Assembly: GCA_014730235.1 (NCBI GenBank)
Contig: WJIO01000421.1
Coordinates: forward strand, 1-61,244
Reading direction: 5' to 3'
DNA from: Candidatus Poribacteria bacterium
GTDB lineage: Bacteria; Poribacteria; DTPJ01; WJIO01
DNA: 61,244 nucleotides
Within the stretch, counting starts at the first letter, position 1; every line of letters begins with the position of its first letter. The translations under genes were made by a program, and so were the position numbers. Below the pieces are notes generated by a model. The model searched no databases. It was not told where the DNA came from and was given only the letters and a program-made list of their open reading frames with translations. This document shows, piece by piece, positions 18,501 through 29,200 of the stretch.

Positions 18501-18715
18501 ACTATTAACCTTTCAATACTTGGGGATTCTTACTTTATGTATGTAAACGGCATGTGATAAAAGATTCAAAAGAGCACACTAACACTGTTTAAAGCCCTTG
18601 ATGAATTATCTTTGGACATATTGTCTCATATATTTAACATATTTTCAATATTAATTTTCCAAGCTTCGGATATCAGATGCTTATTTTTTTTTGGGGATCT
18701 TAATTTGAAAAATTT

Positions 18716-18879
18716 GGCTCTTCCGACTTGAGTGGGATAAAGATAAGAAACTTCTTTATGGTGTCATTCCTGCGGAAGCAGGAATCTAGTCTTTATGCGC
18801 ATCTACTGTATTCCTACTTCTGCAGGAATGACAAGCTGAGAGCATTTTCAATTATTACCACACTAAACCCGGAAGAATC
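18716..18879. mobile_element. ISL3-like MITE with long GTCATTCCTGCGGAAGCAGGAATC...GCAGGAATGAC core
   Basis: GGCTCTTCCG left end, CCGGAAGAATC right end, 8-bp direct repeat AAAAATTT on both flanks. Confidence 0.8.
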
Positions 18880-18886
18880 AAAAATT

Positions 18887-19681
18887 TTAATTCAGCATCT
18901 TGATCCTTGCCCATGCAATACCAAGCTTATCTTTTGGTGTAACAGCCAGCCCGTCGGCCTGGAAATTTTGCTGTACTTCTGCCTGAGTAAGGGCTTTTTC
19001 GTAGATGCGCACCTCGTCTATATATCCCTGTATAGTATCAGTGTTTTTGCCGTCTGCCCGATCTCCGATACCAAAGAATAAATTTCCACCTACAAAGTTA
19101 CTGGAAAGAGAGTAAGTTTTTACAGCTACACCGTTTTCGTAGTATTTCACAGTCTTACCATCCCATGTTCCTACCAGGTGCAGCCAATCCTCCAGGGGTA
19201 TATCCTCCTGTATCATATCATCTTCAGCCGCACAGCTTTCCCCATCTGCTCTAAGGAAAAAGCCATGCTGATCATCGTCATCATCGTAATAAAGACTGGC
19301 CACGTTTAGATTACCTGCGTCGGTATCATCCAGGGATAAAATACGGTTCCAACTATCGTCAAGGGCATTTATAAAGACCCAGCATTCCAGGGTTATCTGC
19401 TGATAATCTCTGTTAATTACCTCAGAATTAATCAGGATACAATCGGCATCACCATCGAGAAGCAGACATTCACCTATTTTACCTGGGGCCAGCTCCGGAT
19501 CACCTTTGATCTCTCCATGACTCTCGCCAAAAACATCCTGGACAATATTATCGGCTATAGTAGCTTCATCCATAGGCCAGTAAGCCAGCAAACCATTAGT
19601 GACAGCACCAGCCCTGACTAATTGTGGATAGAATAAGATTATTAAACATGATAGAGAAAAACTTACTAAAAAACCTTTCAT
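18887..19681 (-). CDS. Secreted LamG domain protein with C-terminal W.RIK tail
   Basis: Signal-like MKGFLVSF... (start taken downstream of the ORF-track start), WLHLVGTWDG...YYENG, QGYIDEVRIY; ends AVTPKDKLGIAWARIKMLN. Confidence 0.8.
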   Translation of the reverse strand: MKGFLVSFSLSCLIILFYPQLVRAGAVTNGLLAYWPMDEATIADNIVQDVFGESHGEIKGDPELAPGKIGECLLLDGDADCILINSEVINRDYQQITLECWVFINALDDSWNRILSLDDTDAGNLNVASLYYDDDDDQHGFFLRADGESCAAEDDMIQEDIPLEDWLHLVGTWDGKTVKYYENGVAVKTYSLSSNFVGGNLFFGIGDRADGKNTDTIQGYIDEVRIYEKALTQAEVQQNFQADGLAVTPKDKLGIAWARIKMLN

Positions 19682-19713
19682 AATTTCAATTTCCTCCTTT
19701 GTAAATTCATGAT

Positions 19714-20790
19714 TTAACCAATTCCATAACCGCATTTTCTCATACATTCTATCACTTTTTCAACAGGCACAGCATGTGCTGTATTACCATCGCGTCCGAC
19801 CATCTTATTGGCCCGAAACAGGGAATTTATTATAGCCTCTTCAATGGATTCGATACATGCTCTGAAAAAACTGGTGATGTTTTTCCATACCAGGGACATA
19901 TCATGAGAAGCACCCTGGAATAGTGGAACGGTGGAAAAAGCCAGAGCAATGTCGCCGCTTCCGTGAGTGGCCATCCCACCGGTTCGGGCCAAGCCAAAGC
20001 TGGCCCTTCTGGCAATGCGTCTCAGACCTACAGGATTAAACGGTGCATCGGTGGCAATTACCATAATTATCGATCCCTTTGATTCTTTTTCAGACTTCTG
20101 CTGGATCATCCTTCCCACAGGTACTCCGTCAATACACAGATCCCCGGTACCTCCCATATTATTCAGGGCCAATGCCCCCAGGACGTAGGTCTCTCCGCCG
20201 CAGTCAACCAGCCTGGATGCCATACCGATACCGGATTTATAACCAAAACTGCGCATTCCTGTACCTGCGCCAATACATCCTTCACTCAGGTCTTTTGAGG
20301 CATTTTCCAAAGCGTTAAAGACATGTTCCCGGTCAACATGCATGCCCCATATATCGCTTAGATTGCTGTCGTTACACTCCATAACAACAGGATTGACGGA
20401 TAATATGCGATGGTCTATTTGCATCATCCATTCCACCAGATGTTGACTGACTTTTCCTACATTCAGGGTATTGGTAAGCAATACAGGTGTTTCTATCTCC
20501 CCCAGTTCATCAATTTGCATCAATCCTACAGATTTTCCAAAGCCGTTTATAACATCAACGGCAGCCGGGAGTTTATTTCTATGGGGTGACATATCCTTAT
20601 CCGGTATTATAGCTGTTACGCCGGTTCTCACAGGGCCTTTGCCCCTGACAAGTTCCCCTGCACCCCAGACTAATGTTGAATGTCCAATTTTTACATCGGC
20701 TACATCACATATAGTGTTGGTTTCCCCGATAGGCATTATGCCAATTTTTATCCCTAGTTCTCTGGCTCTTGGTCGTTCAGATGTTTGCAT
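19714..20790 (-). CDS. dmpA: P1/S58 family peptidase (DmpA-like L-aminopeptidase/D-esterase)
   Basis: N.I.DV..VKIGH.T, TGVTAI, NGFGKS.GL.Q..ELG..ETP.LLTNT, GSIIMVIATDAP, GSGDIALAFST. Confidence 0.85.
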   Translation of the reverse strand: MQTSERPRARELGIKIGIMPIGETNTICDVADVKIGHSTLVWGAGELVRGKGPVRTGVTAIIPDKDMSPHRNKLPAAVDVINGFGKSVGLMQIDELGEIETPVLLTNTLNVGKVSQHLVEWMMQIDHRILSVNPVVMECNDSNLSDIWGMHVDREHVFNALENASKDLSEGCIGAGTGMRSFGYKSGIGMASRLVDCGGETYVLGALALNNMGGTGDLCIDGVPVGRMIQQKSEKESKGSIIMVIATDAPFNPVGLRRIARRASFGLARTGGMATHGSGDIALAFSTVPLFQGASHDMSLVWKNITSFFRACIESIEEAIINSLFRANKMVGRDGNTAHAVPVEKVIECMRKCGYGIG

Positions 20791-20803
20791 CCGGATTTTT
20801 CTC

Positions 20804-22309
20804 CTATAACTTCTTTACTTCTACTCTTTTAACTGTCAAATCTCCTCCAATAACGGCGAAGCGGAAGTCTGCGCCGTTATTGCGGTTTACAAACCGGCCG
20901 TCGGTAACTTTAAATTTCGCTTTCTTCCATTCTTCAGTTTCACCAACAGAAACATCTCCACCGGCTTTAAAAGCACCTTCCCTGACTGAACCCTCGGGAT
21001 CTGTGCTATCATACTGCAACACGATCCTTTCACAGCCGGCATCCAGGTATGTCAGTTCTATTTCCACAGGGATTTCCTGATCAAATAAAAAGCTGTCGTC
21101 TATTTTTACATACAGATAGCGACCACCGTATGGGTTAGAGCGAGTATGCACGGCGGGTATATCATCAATTTTAATTTGCTCTATCAACCCATCTCCTGAA
21201 ATTGGTATACTTAAACCGTTTTCACCTTCCACGCTGTCCCAGTATACATGATCAGCTTCACTGTAAGGCCCGTCAGGGGTTAGCTGTATATCTTCCTTGA
21301 ACATACCGGCATATTTAGCCGTCATCTCTATATATTTACGTCCATATTCTACTGTATGGCATATATCCGTTCCCTCATGGAGTTCATTCCATGTCTCCAC
21401 CATCACCATATTAGCCCTTCGTTTGGGACTTTGAGCCAGCAGCATTTCCCAGGCCCGGGCGTAGAACTGACCACCTTCCCTGTCCACTACCAGGGGTTTA
21501 CGGCCGGGAACGGCGTGATGATCATATCCCGGTCCCAGGGCTACAACGTCATTCCATCGAGGGCCTAAAGCTCCACCCCAGGCGTAGGTAGCATCGGCAT
21601 CCCCCTGCCAGGATATTTCCTTTACTATGTAAGGGCGACAGGCGAAGTCCTTCTCAAATTCACTGTAGACATAATTCAGGGCGGCTGGATCCTGCTTTGC
21701 GGCAAAGGCGGCGGAATACAGGAATATAACAGGACTTTCATCAACCATAGCCCACATACGAGGCGGTATGAGCGAATAATAATCCCGAATGGTGTTATAC
21801 AACCATTCCTTGCCCTCTGGCGTGGTAAGATCTACATGGATTTGCTGTGGGTTGTGACTCAGGGTGCTGGTGTCATAAAAAAGCCCTACTCTAGGAGGTG
21901 ACTCATCAGCTTTATCCAATTCATCCCAGGCCTCCACCAGCTTTGGCAGGCCTTCAAAACTCCATGATTCATAGCCCGGAACGCCCCAGTAAACCGGAGC
22001 GATAAAATCAATCCTTGCGGCTTTTACGTCCTGTAACTCCCGTTTCCACCAGTCTGATGAATCATAGCTGTAATCCTCTGTATTAGCAGGATGGTCTACC
22101 AGTGCATCGCTGCCATCTGGATTGATAAAATGCTCCTTTGTATGTATATTATACCAGTAAAAGAAATATGTTCCCACTAAAGGTTCATTAATGCCGTAAC
22201 TATCAGCTCTGGATAAATCTTCTTTTGTAAGGTTAATGTATTGGCCGGGGGGTGATGGAAAAGCTGCTAAGCATGAAACACAACATGTTACTGCCAGGTA
22301 AATAAGCAT
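20804..22309 (-). CDS. Secreted DUF5010-like glycoside hydrolase-type protein with C-terminal CBM-like domain
   Basis: AGGAGG RBS before ATG 22309; TYFFYWY, WWKREL.D...A.ID, PGYD and VETWNELHEGT motifs of GH99/GH71-like TIM barrels. Confidence 0.65.
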   Translation of the reverse strand: MLIYLAVTCCVSCLAAFPSPPGQYINLTKEDLSRADSYGINEPLVGTYFFYWYNIHTKEHFINPDGSDALVDHPANTEDYSYDSSDWWKRELQDVKAARIDFIAPVYWGVPGYESWSFEGLPKLVEAWDELDKADESPPRVGLFYDTSTLSHNPQQIHVDLTTPEGKEWLYNTIRDYYSLIPPRMWAMVDESPVIFLYSAAFAAKQDPAALNYVYSEFEKDFACRPYIVKEISWQGDADATYAWGGALGPRWNDVVALGPGYDHHAVPGRKPLVVDREGGQFYARAWEMLLAQSPKRRANMVMVETWNELHEGTDICHTVEYGRKYIEMTAKYAGMFKEDIQLTPDGPYSEADHVYWDSVEGENGLSIPISGDGLIEQIKIDDIPAVHTRSNPYGGRYLYVKIDDSFLFDQEIPVEIELTYLDAGCERIVLQYDSTDPEGSVREGAFKAGGDVSVGETEEWKKAKFKVTDGRFVNRNNGADFRFAVIGGDLTVKRVEVKKL

Positions 22310-22400
22310 AATAACCTCCTGGAATTCGGATTTTAATTTCAAATTATATATCTGTCCTATCATATTTTACATCTTTAATCTTTCTATGTCTACACATTTT

Positions 22401-22698
22401 CCAAGCATAAATTTTACATCCCTGTGTTATTGCGAAGAACGGAGTAACAAATAAATTTTTTAGTCTATATCAGAAGTTTTGGTTCATCCAGTTTGAGTGT
22501 GGAAGTATAAAAAACATTGTCCAATTAAGAAAAAACATCCTCCATTTGTCATTCCTGCGGAAGCAGGAATCCAGAAGTATCAGCACAAATACTGGGTTCC
22601 CGATTCCGCAGGAATGACAAGCTGAGAAAATTTTCAAATTATTACCATACTCAAACCAGAAGAGCCAAAGTTTTCACGGACATAAATTTTATACTTGG
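22401..22698. mobile_element. Composite small element (CCAAGCATAAA...TTTATACTTGG) containing a nested ISL3-like MITE (22481-22666)
   Basis: Outer inverted ends and a perfect 8-bp flanking repeat CACATTTT; colinear second copy at 29201-29493. Confidence 0.8.
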
Positions 22699-22829
22699 CA
22701 CATTTTAACTATTTTATTTATGGGAAAAAGATGTTAAAATGTTATTAGGACTGATATTTCTCAAAATTAACTAAAACCAGATGTTGCAGTGCTTAAAGAG
22801 ACACTAGCAAATGAAAATGCTATCAGGCT

Positions 22830-22876
22830 GTCATTCCTGCTTCAAGCTTTTTCAAAAAGCTTGAAGCAGGAATGAC
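22830..22876. repeat. Stand-alone perfect 23-bp GTCATTCCTGC hairpin
   Basis: GTCATTCCTGCTTCAAGCTTTTT-C-AAAAAGCTTGAAGCAGGAATGAC. Confidence 0.75.
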
Positions 22877-23114
22877 ATAGAACTATATTTTTGGAGCATT
22901 TTCATCCGTTTCTTGATGCTGAATTCTTATAAACATTGGTTTTAGAGATTTTTTAGAATTCTCAGTTATAAGGATTTTACATTTTTAACGATTACAGAAA
23001 CGACAGACAAAGTAGTTTTCTCTTGTTTAATTTGCGATCTTTCTCCATTACCACATTTAACCTGAAAAAAACTCTCTTTTTTATTACGATTTATTACGAA
23101 AGGAATTATAGTAA

Positions 23115-24521
23115 ATGAAGGATAAGAGACCAAATATCTTATTTATAATGTCCGATGACCACGCGTCCCATGCCATGAGTTGCTATGGAAGCAGGATAAA
23201 CGAAACGCCGAATCTGGATAGAATCAGCGAAGACGGTGTAAGATTTGACAACTGTTTCTGCACAAACTCCATTTGCACACCCAGCAGAGCCACAATTCTC
23301 ACTGGTACATATAACCACATCAACAATGTAACAACTCTGGCCAGCAGGATGGATAACCAGCTTCAAACTTTCCCAAAACTGTTAAGACAAAGCGGATACC
23401 AGACGGCCATCGTGGGTAAATGGCATCTGGGGCAGGGGCCGGAGCATGAGCCAACAGGGTTTGATTTCTGGCGGGTTCTTCCGGGTCAGGGACTTTACCA
23501 TAATCCTATAATGATTGATAAGGACGGAAAACGGGAGCACAAGGGATATGTTACCGACGTTATAACGGACATGAGTCTGAACTGGCTTAAAGAGCGGGAT
23601 AAAAGCAAGCCTTTCTGCCTGCTGTGTCATCATAAAGCCCCGCATCGTCACTGGGAACCGGATGAAAAACACGCCCACATGTATGACGACATAGACATTC
23701 CGGAGCCTCCTACTTTTAACGACGATTACAGCAACCGGGCATCTGCCGCCGAAGCTGCTGCCATGCGCGTTGATCGAGATATGAACGAAAGAGACCTCAA
23801 AATGCCAGTGCCCGAAGGCTTGACCAAAGAGCAGGAAAAAAGCTGGAAATACCAGAGATACATAAAAGACTATCTACGGGTTGTAGCCTCAATTGACGAT
23901 AACGTGGGTCGTCTGCTGGATTATCTGGACGAAGAGGACTTAACTGAGGATACACTTGTGATATACACATCGGATCAGGGCTTTTTCCTGGGTGATCACG
24001 GCTGGTATGACAAGAGGTTTATGTATGAAGAATCCCTTAGAATGCCCTTTATAGTACGCTATCCCAGGGAGATAGAACCGGGAACTATAAACAAGGATAT
24101 GGTTCTTAACCTTGATTTTGCTCCGCTGTTTCTTGATCTTGCCGAAGTTGATATTCCCGATGATATGCAGGGAAGAAGCTTCAGGAAGATATTACAGGGA
24201 GATACCCCTGACAATTGGCGTACATCAATGTATTACCGATACTGGATGCATAAAGCCCATCACAACGTATATGCCCATTACGGAATCCGAACGATGGATT
24301 ACAAGCTGATATATTACTACTCCGACGCCCTGAGTCAACCTGGTGCTGTGGATGAAACCTACGAACCGGAATGGGAGCTTTTTGATCTGAATAAAGACCC
24401 GTATGAATTAAACAGTGTTTACGACGATCCGGCCTATGCCCATATAGTTAAAGAACTGAAAGACGAAATGCACCAGCTTCAGTCAGATGTGGGCGATGAA
24501 AGATATGAAAAAGACAAGTAA
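23115..24521 (+). CDS. Formylglycine-dependent sulfatase (Cys-type)
   Basis: PNILFIMSDDH, CTPSRATILTG, GKWHLG, YTSDQG..LGDHG..DKR..YEES. Confidence 0.92.
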   Translation: MKDKRPNILFIMSDDHASHAMSCYGSRINETPNLDRISEDGVRFDNCFCTNSICTPSRATILTGTYNHINNVTTLASRMDNQLQTFPKLLRQSGYQTAIVGKWHLGQGPEHEPTGFDFWRVLPGQGLYHNPIMIDKDGKREHKGYVTDVITDMSLNWLKERDKSKPFCLLCHHKAPHRHWEPDEKHAHMYDDIDIPEPPTFNDDYSNRASAAEAAAMRVDRDMNERDLKMPVPEGLTKEQEKSWKYQRYIKDYLRVVASIDDNVGRLLDYLDEEDLTEDTLVIYTSDQGFFLGDHGWYDKRFMYEESLRMPFIVRYPREIEPGTINKDMVLNLDFAPLFLDLAEVDIPDDMQGRSFRKILQGDTPDNWRTSMYYRYWMHKAHHNVYAHYGIRTMDYKLIYYYSDALSQPGAVDETYEPEWELFDLNKDPYELNSVYDDPAYAHIVKELKDEMHQLQSDVGDERYEKDK

Positions 24522-24522
24522 T

Positions 24523-25245
24523 ATGTATGAAGAGAGAAAATACAGAGGTTGGGTAAAACACAGAGACCTGGTTCCCTTCAATGTTATGGTGGAGGAAACG
24601 GACTTGATGATACTATGTGATACAGATTTATCTGTAAAAGCAACTGAATTCATCAAAAAACACAGGAAGCAGATCAAAGATTATATCTTTCATCACAAAG
24701 GCTTTGCTGAATCCCTGAAACCTTTGAAGATTTCCCATAATGCACCTCAGATAGTTAAGGACATGGCAAAAGCTTCATCTTCTGCTGATGTTGGCCCTAT
24801 GGCATCCGTAGCCGGGGTTATGGCCGAGTATGTGGGTAAGGATTTGCTAAATCTAAGCAGTCAGGTTATCGTGGAAAATGGCGGGGATATTTTTATCAAG
24901 AGCGATAAAGAGCGTTTAATGGGAATATACGCGGGTAAATCCCCCTTTACCGGTAAGCTGGACATGAAGATAAAACCAGAACAGACTCCCCTGGGAATAT
25001 GCACATCATCGGGAACTGTTGGTCATTCCCTGAGCTACGGTAAAGCCGATGCGGTTATCACCATATCAAAGACGACAGCCCTGGCCGATGCTGTGGCCAC
25101 AGCCGCCGGTAACGTGGTAAAATCCGCCCATGATATACAAAAGGGAGTGGATTTTGCCAGAAATATTGATGGTATTGACGGCGTGGTGGTTATAGTGGGA
25201 GACAAAATCGGTGCCTGGGGTAACGTGGAGTTGACCGGTAAATAA
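24523..25245 (+). CDS. UPF0280 / ApbE-like family protein
   Basis: V.ETDL.I, GPMASVAG, VIVENGGDI, GICTSSGTVGHSLSYGKADAV, ADAVATA..N. Confidence 0.85.
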   Translation: MYEERKYRGWVKHRDLVPFNVMVEETDLMILCDTDLSVKATEFIKKHRKQIKDYIFHHKGFAESLKPLKISHNAPQIVKDMAKASSSADVGPMASVAGVMAEYVGKDLLNLSSQVIVENGGDIFIKSDKERLMGIYAGKSPFTGKLDMKIKPEQTPLGICTSSGTVGHSLSYGKADAVITISKTTALADAVATAAGNVVKSAHDIQKGVDFARNIDGIDGVVVIVGDKIGAWGNVELTGK

Positions 25246-25294
25246 TCATGAAAAGAGGCACTAAATGTTGGAATAATTAATACAGGAGAAAATT

Positions 25295-26539
25295 ATGATG
25301 AAATTATACATAATGGCTGTTTTTATCATGTTTAACATAGCATCGTTATGCTGGACTGATATTTATGCAGGGGTTGGAAAACGCGTTGTTACCCCTGATC
25401 CTCTGCTGCCGGTTTCCGGTGGAATCGGCCCATCCACTCCAGCCACGAGAAAATTTGGTGACCTGTGGGTTCGGGCTATGGTGTTGGAAAAAGATGACAC
25501 AAGAGTTGCTATCGTCGGGGCGGATTTTCTGGGCTTTCCCAAAGTTCTGGGAGATCAGGTGCGGAAAAAGGTGAAGGGAATTCCGCCGGAAAATATAATT
25601 ATCGGTGCAACCCATACCCACAGCGCGCCGGATATGTATGGATTCCCTGACGAAGAGGGAAATTTCTCCATTGACATGGAATATGTGGAAGGGGTATGCG
25701 AACAAATGGCCCATGCAGTAAATGAAGCTGTGGATAACCTGCAACCCGTCGTTATTAAAATAGCCACAGGAGAAGCTCAGGAAGGTATAGCCTATAATTA
25801 TTACGCTCCTGACCTGTATGATCCCCGATGCGATGTTATCCAGGCCCTTGGCCGGAACAATAAGCCTGTAGTTACTTTGGTAAATTACGCTGTCCATCCC
25901 GAAGTATTCGGTTCCCGAAGGGGTATTTGCAGTCCGGATATGATCGGCCCTTTTTATGAGTATATAGAAGAGAAAACCGGCGGTATGGCCATTTTCATGA
26001 ATGGGGCCCAGGGTGGAATGGTAACAGCGGACAACAGAAACCCGGGAACCGGCGAGGAAAACCACATATGGGAAGAATGTCAGCGGATCGGAAATTTGCT
26101 AGCCAAAGAAGCGTTAAAGATAATTAATGATGCAGAAATACAGGAAAATCCAAGGCTGGAATGTTACGCCAGAACCTTTACCTTTCCTATGGATTCAGAG
26201 CTTTTAAGAATGATACTGGAAATCTCACCCCTGGGATACGAAGCCAATCCTGACGGTTCAGCACCTACCCAGGTAAACCTGATAAATCTTGGTAACGCCC
26301 GGATATTAACCATACCCGGAGAGGCCTTACCCAATATCGGTTACTATCTAAAACGTAAAATGCATGGTGATCATAATTTTCTCTTTGGACTTACCAACGA
26401 TGCTTTTGGTTATATACTAACCAAAGTAGATTGGAACAGTTTTAAACGCTATGATTATATTTCCAAAACATGTCTGGGTGAAATGACCGGGGAAATATTT
26501 ATTGAAGAAGCCTTAAAGTTTGCTGATGAGCATCCTTAA
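25295..26539 (+). CDS. Secreted neutral/alkaline ceramidase-like amidohydrolase
   Basis: Signal peptide, IIIGATHTHSAP, NYAVHP, NGAQG and TIPGE motifs. Confidence 0.7.
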   Translation: MMKLYIMAVFIMFNIASLCWTDIYAGVGKRVVTPDPLLPVSGGIGPSTPATRKFGDLWVRAMVLEKDDTRVAIVGADFLGFPKVLGDQVRKKVKGIPPENIIIGATHTHSAPDMYGFPDEEGNFSIDMEYVEGVCEQMAHAVNEAVDNLQPVVIKIATGEAQEGIAYNYYAPDLYDPRCDVIQALGRNNKPVVTLVNYAVHPEVFGSRRGICSPDMIGPFYEYIEEKTGGMAIFMNGAQGGMVTADNRNPGTGEENHIWEECQRIGNLLAKEALKIINDAEIQENPRLECYARTFTFPMDSELLRMILEISPLGYEANPDGSAPTQVNLINLGNARILTIPGEALPNIGYYLKRKMHGDHNFLFGLTNDAFGYILTKVDWNSFKRYDYISKTCLGEMTGEIFIEEALKFADEHP

Positions 26540-26545
26540 AAAATG

Positions 26546-26664
26546 GGTTCTTCCGGTTTTAGTGGGGTTATAATTGAAAATCCTCCCAGCTTGTCATTCC
26601 TGATTTCGCAAAATGACATTATAAAAAAGTTTCTTATCTTTACCCCACTCAAGCCGGAAGAGCC
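26546..26664. mobile_element. Intact ISL3-like MITE
   Basis: GGTTCTTCCGG ... CCGGAAGAGCC ends, perfect 8-bp flanking repeat AAAAAATG, decayed GTCATTCC core. Confidence 0.85.
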
Positions 26665-26760
26665 AAAAAATGGAATAAAACTATACTTTTATTCTGTTTT
26701 AAAATCGATTCTAATCAAAAGGCTTTGAACATAAATAAAAATATAAAAACGGAGGAAAAA

Positions 26761-27429
26761 ATGGAAGAAAGCAAAGGTATGCTCTTGATTGGGGACAAAG
26801 CTCCCAGTTTTGAGGCTTCAACATCACATGGAACTATAAACTTTCCAGAGGATTACAAAGGCAAATGGGTAGTTCTGTTCTCTCATCCTGCCGACTATAC
26901 ACCAGTATGTACAACGGAATTTGTAGCTTTTGCCAAACGTAACGACCAGTTCCAGGAATTGAATACGGAGCTTGTTGGGCTTTCTATTGACCAGGTATTC
27001 TCCCATATCAAATGGGTAGAATGGATCAAAGAAAATCTTGATGTTGAAGTTCCCTTCCCAATCATTGCTGACAACACAGGCAGTATAGCCGCTAAGTTTG
27101 GTATGCTTCACGCCGAAGCATCTGGCTCTCAGACAGTCCGGGCAGTATTCGTTATTGACGACGAAGGTATAATCAGGGCGATAATCTATTATCCTTTGAA
27201 TATCGGTAGAAATATGGACGAAATAGTAAGGTTGGTAAAAGCTTTACAGACTTCCGACGAAGCGGAAGTAGCTTTACCGGCAAACTGGCCAAATAACGAA
27301 CTTATTGGTGACCATGGAATAGTGCCTCCTGCAACTTCTGAAGAAGATGCTAAAAAGCGTCTTGAGGCGGCTGAAGCCGGTGAAATGGAATGTTTTGACT
27401 GGTGGCTCTGCCATAAGAAAATAAAGTAA
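26761..27429 (+). CDS. Peroxiredoxin, Prx6-type with C-terminal CxDWWxC
   Basis: [14 protein letters not shown] peroxidatic motif, GRN..E..R, C-terminal CFDWWLC; GGAGG RBS before ATG 26761. Confidence 0.9.
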   Translation: MEESKGMLLIGDKAPSFEASTSHGTINFPEDYKGKWVVLFSHPADYTPVCTTEFVAFAKRNDQFQELNTELVGLSIDQVFSHIKWVEWIKENLDVEVPFPIIADNTGSIAAKFGMLHAEASGSQTVRAVFVIDDEGIIRAIIYYPLNIGRNMDEIVRLVKALQTSDEAEVALPANWPNNELIGDHGIVPPATSEEDAKKRLEAAEAGEMECFDWWLCHKKIK

Positions 27430-27438
27430 ATAAAATGT

Positions 27439-27470
27439 TTCAGGGACGGAACGATATTTCCGTCCCTGAA
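27439..27470. terminator. Bidirectional hairpin between convergent genes
   Basis: TTCAGGGACGGAA-CGATAT-TTCCGTCCCTGAA. Confidence 0.65.
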
Positions 27471-27512
27471 TTCATTGGCTTGATCGCTTTTGATAGCAAA
27501 AATCAAAGCAAT

Positions 27513-28052
27513 CTAAGGAATCGTGGCGTTATCATAATCCAACTTATTAATCTGATTAAAAGATTCATCAATTTCCAGTAAGATCTCTTTAGCCGATGAA
27601 ATTGGTTCGGTATTACACACCGGGATTTTATGAAACCGGTTTAATTTCATATCCTGAGAAAAAATCCTGGCCTTGTCTTCATCCAGGTTGTTTATCTCCT
27701 GTTCAATTTCACCGGCCAGAGCTATAACCTGTGATGCAAGATGGTTATAACGTCTCGCTTTTTCATACAACCTTGTGGTTGCTGCATTATGATGCCTTAG
27801 AAATTCTGAGCGTTCTATATCTTCTATCTCCCTCTGCAATTCCTTTCTGCGGTAATTTAAAGAATCTACATAATCTTCCAACTCAGTCAGTTCCTTATAT
27901 AATTCTTTTGCAGGAATTTTTCCCCTCATGGAATCATCAGCCGCATTTTCTAATATATCAATTTCTTTCTCAAGCTTATGGATTTTAGCACACGATTCTG
28001 AAATTTTTTCATTAATCCTCTTTAGCTTTGCCTGTATAATCGCTTTACTCAT
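27513..28052 (-). CDS. Hypothetical coiled-coil protein
   Basis: 179-aa ORF with upstream AGAGGGG RBS; heptad-like K/E/L-rich composition; no family recognised. Confidence 0.6.
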   Translation of the reverse strand: MSKAIIQAKLKRINEKISESCAKIHKLEKEIDILENAADDSMRGKIPAKELYKELTELEDYVDSLNYRRKELQREIEDIERSEFLRHHNAATTRLYEKARRYNHLASQVIALAGEIEQEINNLDEDKARIFSQDMKLNRFHKIPVCNTEPISSAKEILLEIDESFNQINKLDYDNATIP

Positions 28053-28245
28053 AAATATTACCCCTCTGTATATAAATAAATACGAATCGTGAAGGCACTG
28101 AGCAATGAGGAATTTTATAAGATTTTAGCTTAAGGCAATTATTATTTTTATAGAATGTGTTTGAAAGTAAAATCGCAGGTTCCTCAGACCTTTTAACAAA
28201 TTAGTCGTTATTTATGCTAATAATCGGTTGCTTGGAAAGTATATA

Positions 28246-29100
28246 TTACTGCTTTACATCACCCCATACCGTTGATAATTTACCAGCGGGTTCAACTGGT
28301 GCCAGAGTACCGAGATAACCCATAATATTTTCGTGGAGTTTAATCATAGCATCGGCAAATTCACAATCCTCCTCCACTGAACGGAAAACAGTAAATCGCC
28401 AACCGCTTATTATGATTGTTCCGTCACCAACTTCATATTCAACCAGGGGGCATACCTGACCAAACCAACCCTGGGGGTGGGGCTCCTGATAAGCCATTCC
28501 CAAAACCCTACCCTCTTGCGGCGGGCCGGCTGGATAAAAATCACACATGGCATCATGACCATAACAGTCTATATTGAAACCTTCTGCAGGATCTAACCCT
28601 AATTCATCAAAACCGGCAAAAACCGGATGTTCTTCCTCACCAGGAGCGGCTATTATACCCGATGGTGAATGGTCAACATTAGGAGCACAAAACCTTGGTT
28701 CCAGGCTTTCCAATTCCAGATCGAATACATAGTGAAAAGCTACCTGGGAAAGAAAAAGAGATCCACCGGATTCTACAAAATCCATAAAAGCGTTCATGGT
28801 TGCCTGCTCCAGAAACACAGGTGGTATGTCCTGCTGATTTGCCCTGTGCCACCATACTACCTGGAAATCCCCAAGTTCAACCGAATTCCCATTTTCATCC
28901 TCAAATTTACCCGATCCTGCTGGATGAATAAGAGTCGCGTTATAATTATCCACAGCCCAGTTATATTCAGCTTCATCCTCTGGTGGCACATCAGCCTCTG
29001 CTTCCAGAAAAGCCATGTTAATACCAGCGGCAAAGATAACCTGAGCAGAAATCAAACTAATAAAGCAAATAAGTACCGATATATAGAACTTATTCTTCAT
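28246..29100 (-). CDS. Secreted DUF4960-like protein with C-terminal TVWGDVK tail
   Basis: Signal peptide, L.DF.VVWWH and FV..GGSLFLS (glutamine amidotransferase-like fold); ends APVEPAGKLSTVWGDVKQ. Confidence 0.65.
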   Translation of the reverse strand: MKNKFYISVLICFISLISAQVIFAAGINMAFLEAEADVPPEDEAEYNWAVDNYNATLIHPAGSGKFEDENGNSVELGDFQVVWWHRANQQDIPPVFLEQATMNAFMDFVESGGSLFLSQVAFHYVFDLELESLEPRFCAPNVDHSPSGIIAAPGEEEHPVFAGFDELGLDPAEGFNIDCYGHDAMCDFYPAGPPQEGRVLGMAYQEPHPQGWFGQVCPLVEYEVGDGTIIISGWRFTVFRSVEEDCEFADAMIKLHENIMGYLGTLAPVEPAGKLSTVWGDVKQ

Positions 29101-29200
29101 TATTATACCTCCCTAAAGGTAATGATTTAGTAAATTTTACCGAAATTACAATAAGATATTAAACCAATTAATTGCAATTGTCAACTTTCATTTACTGAGC

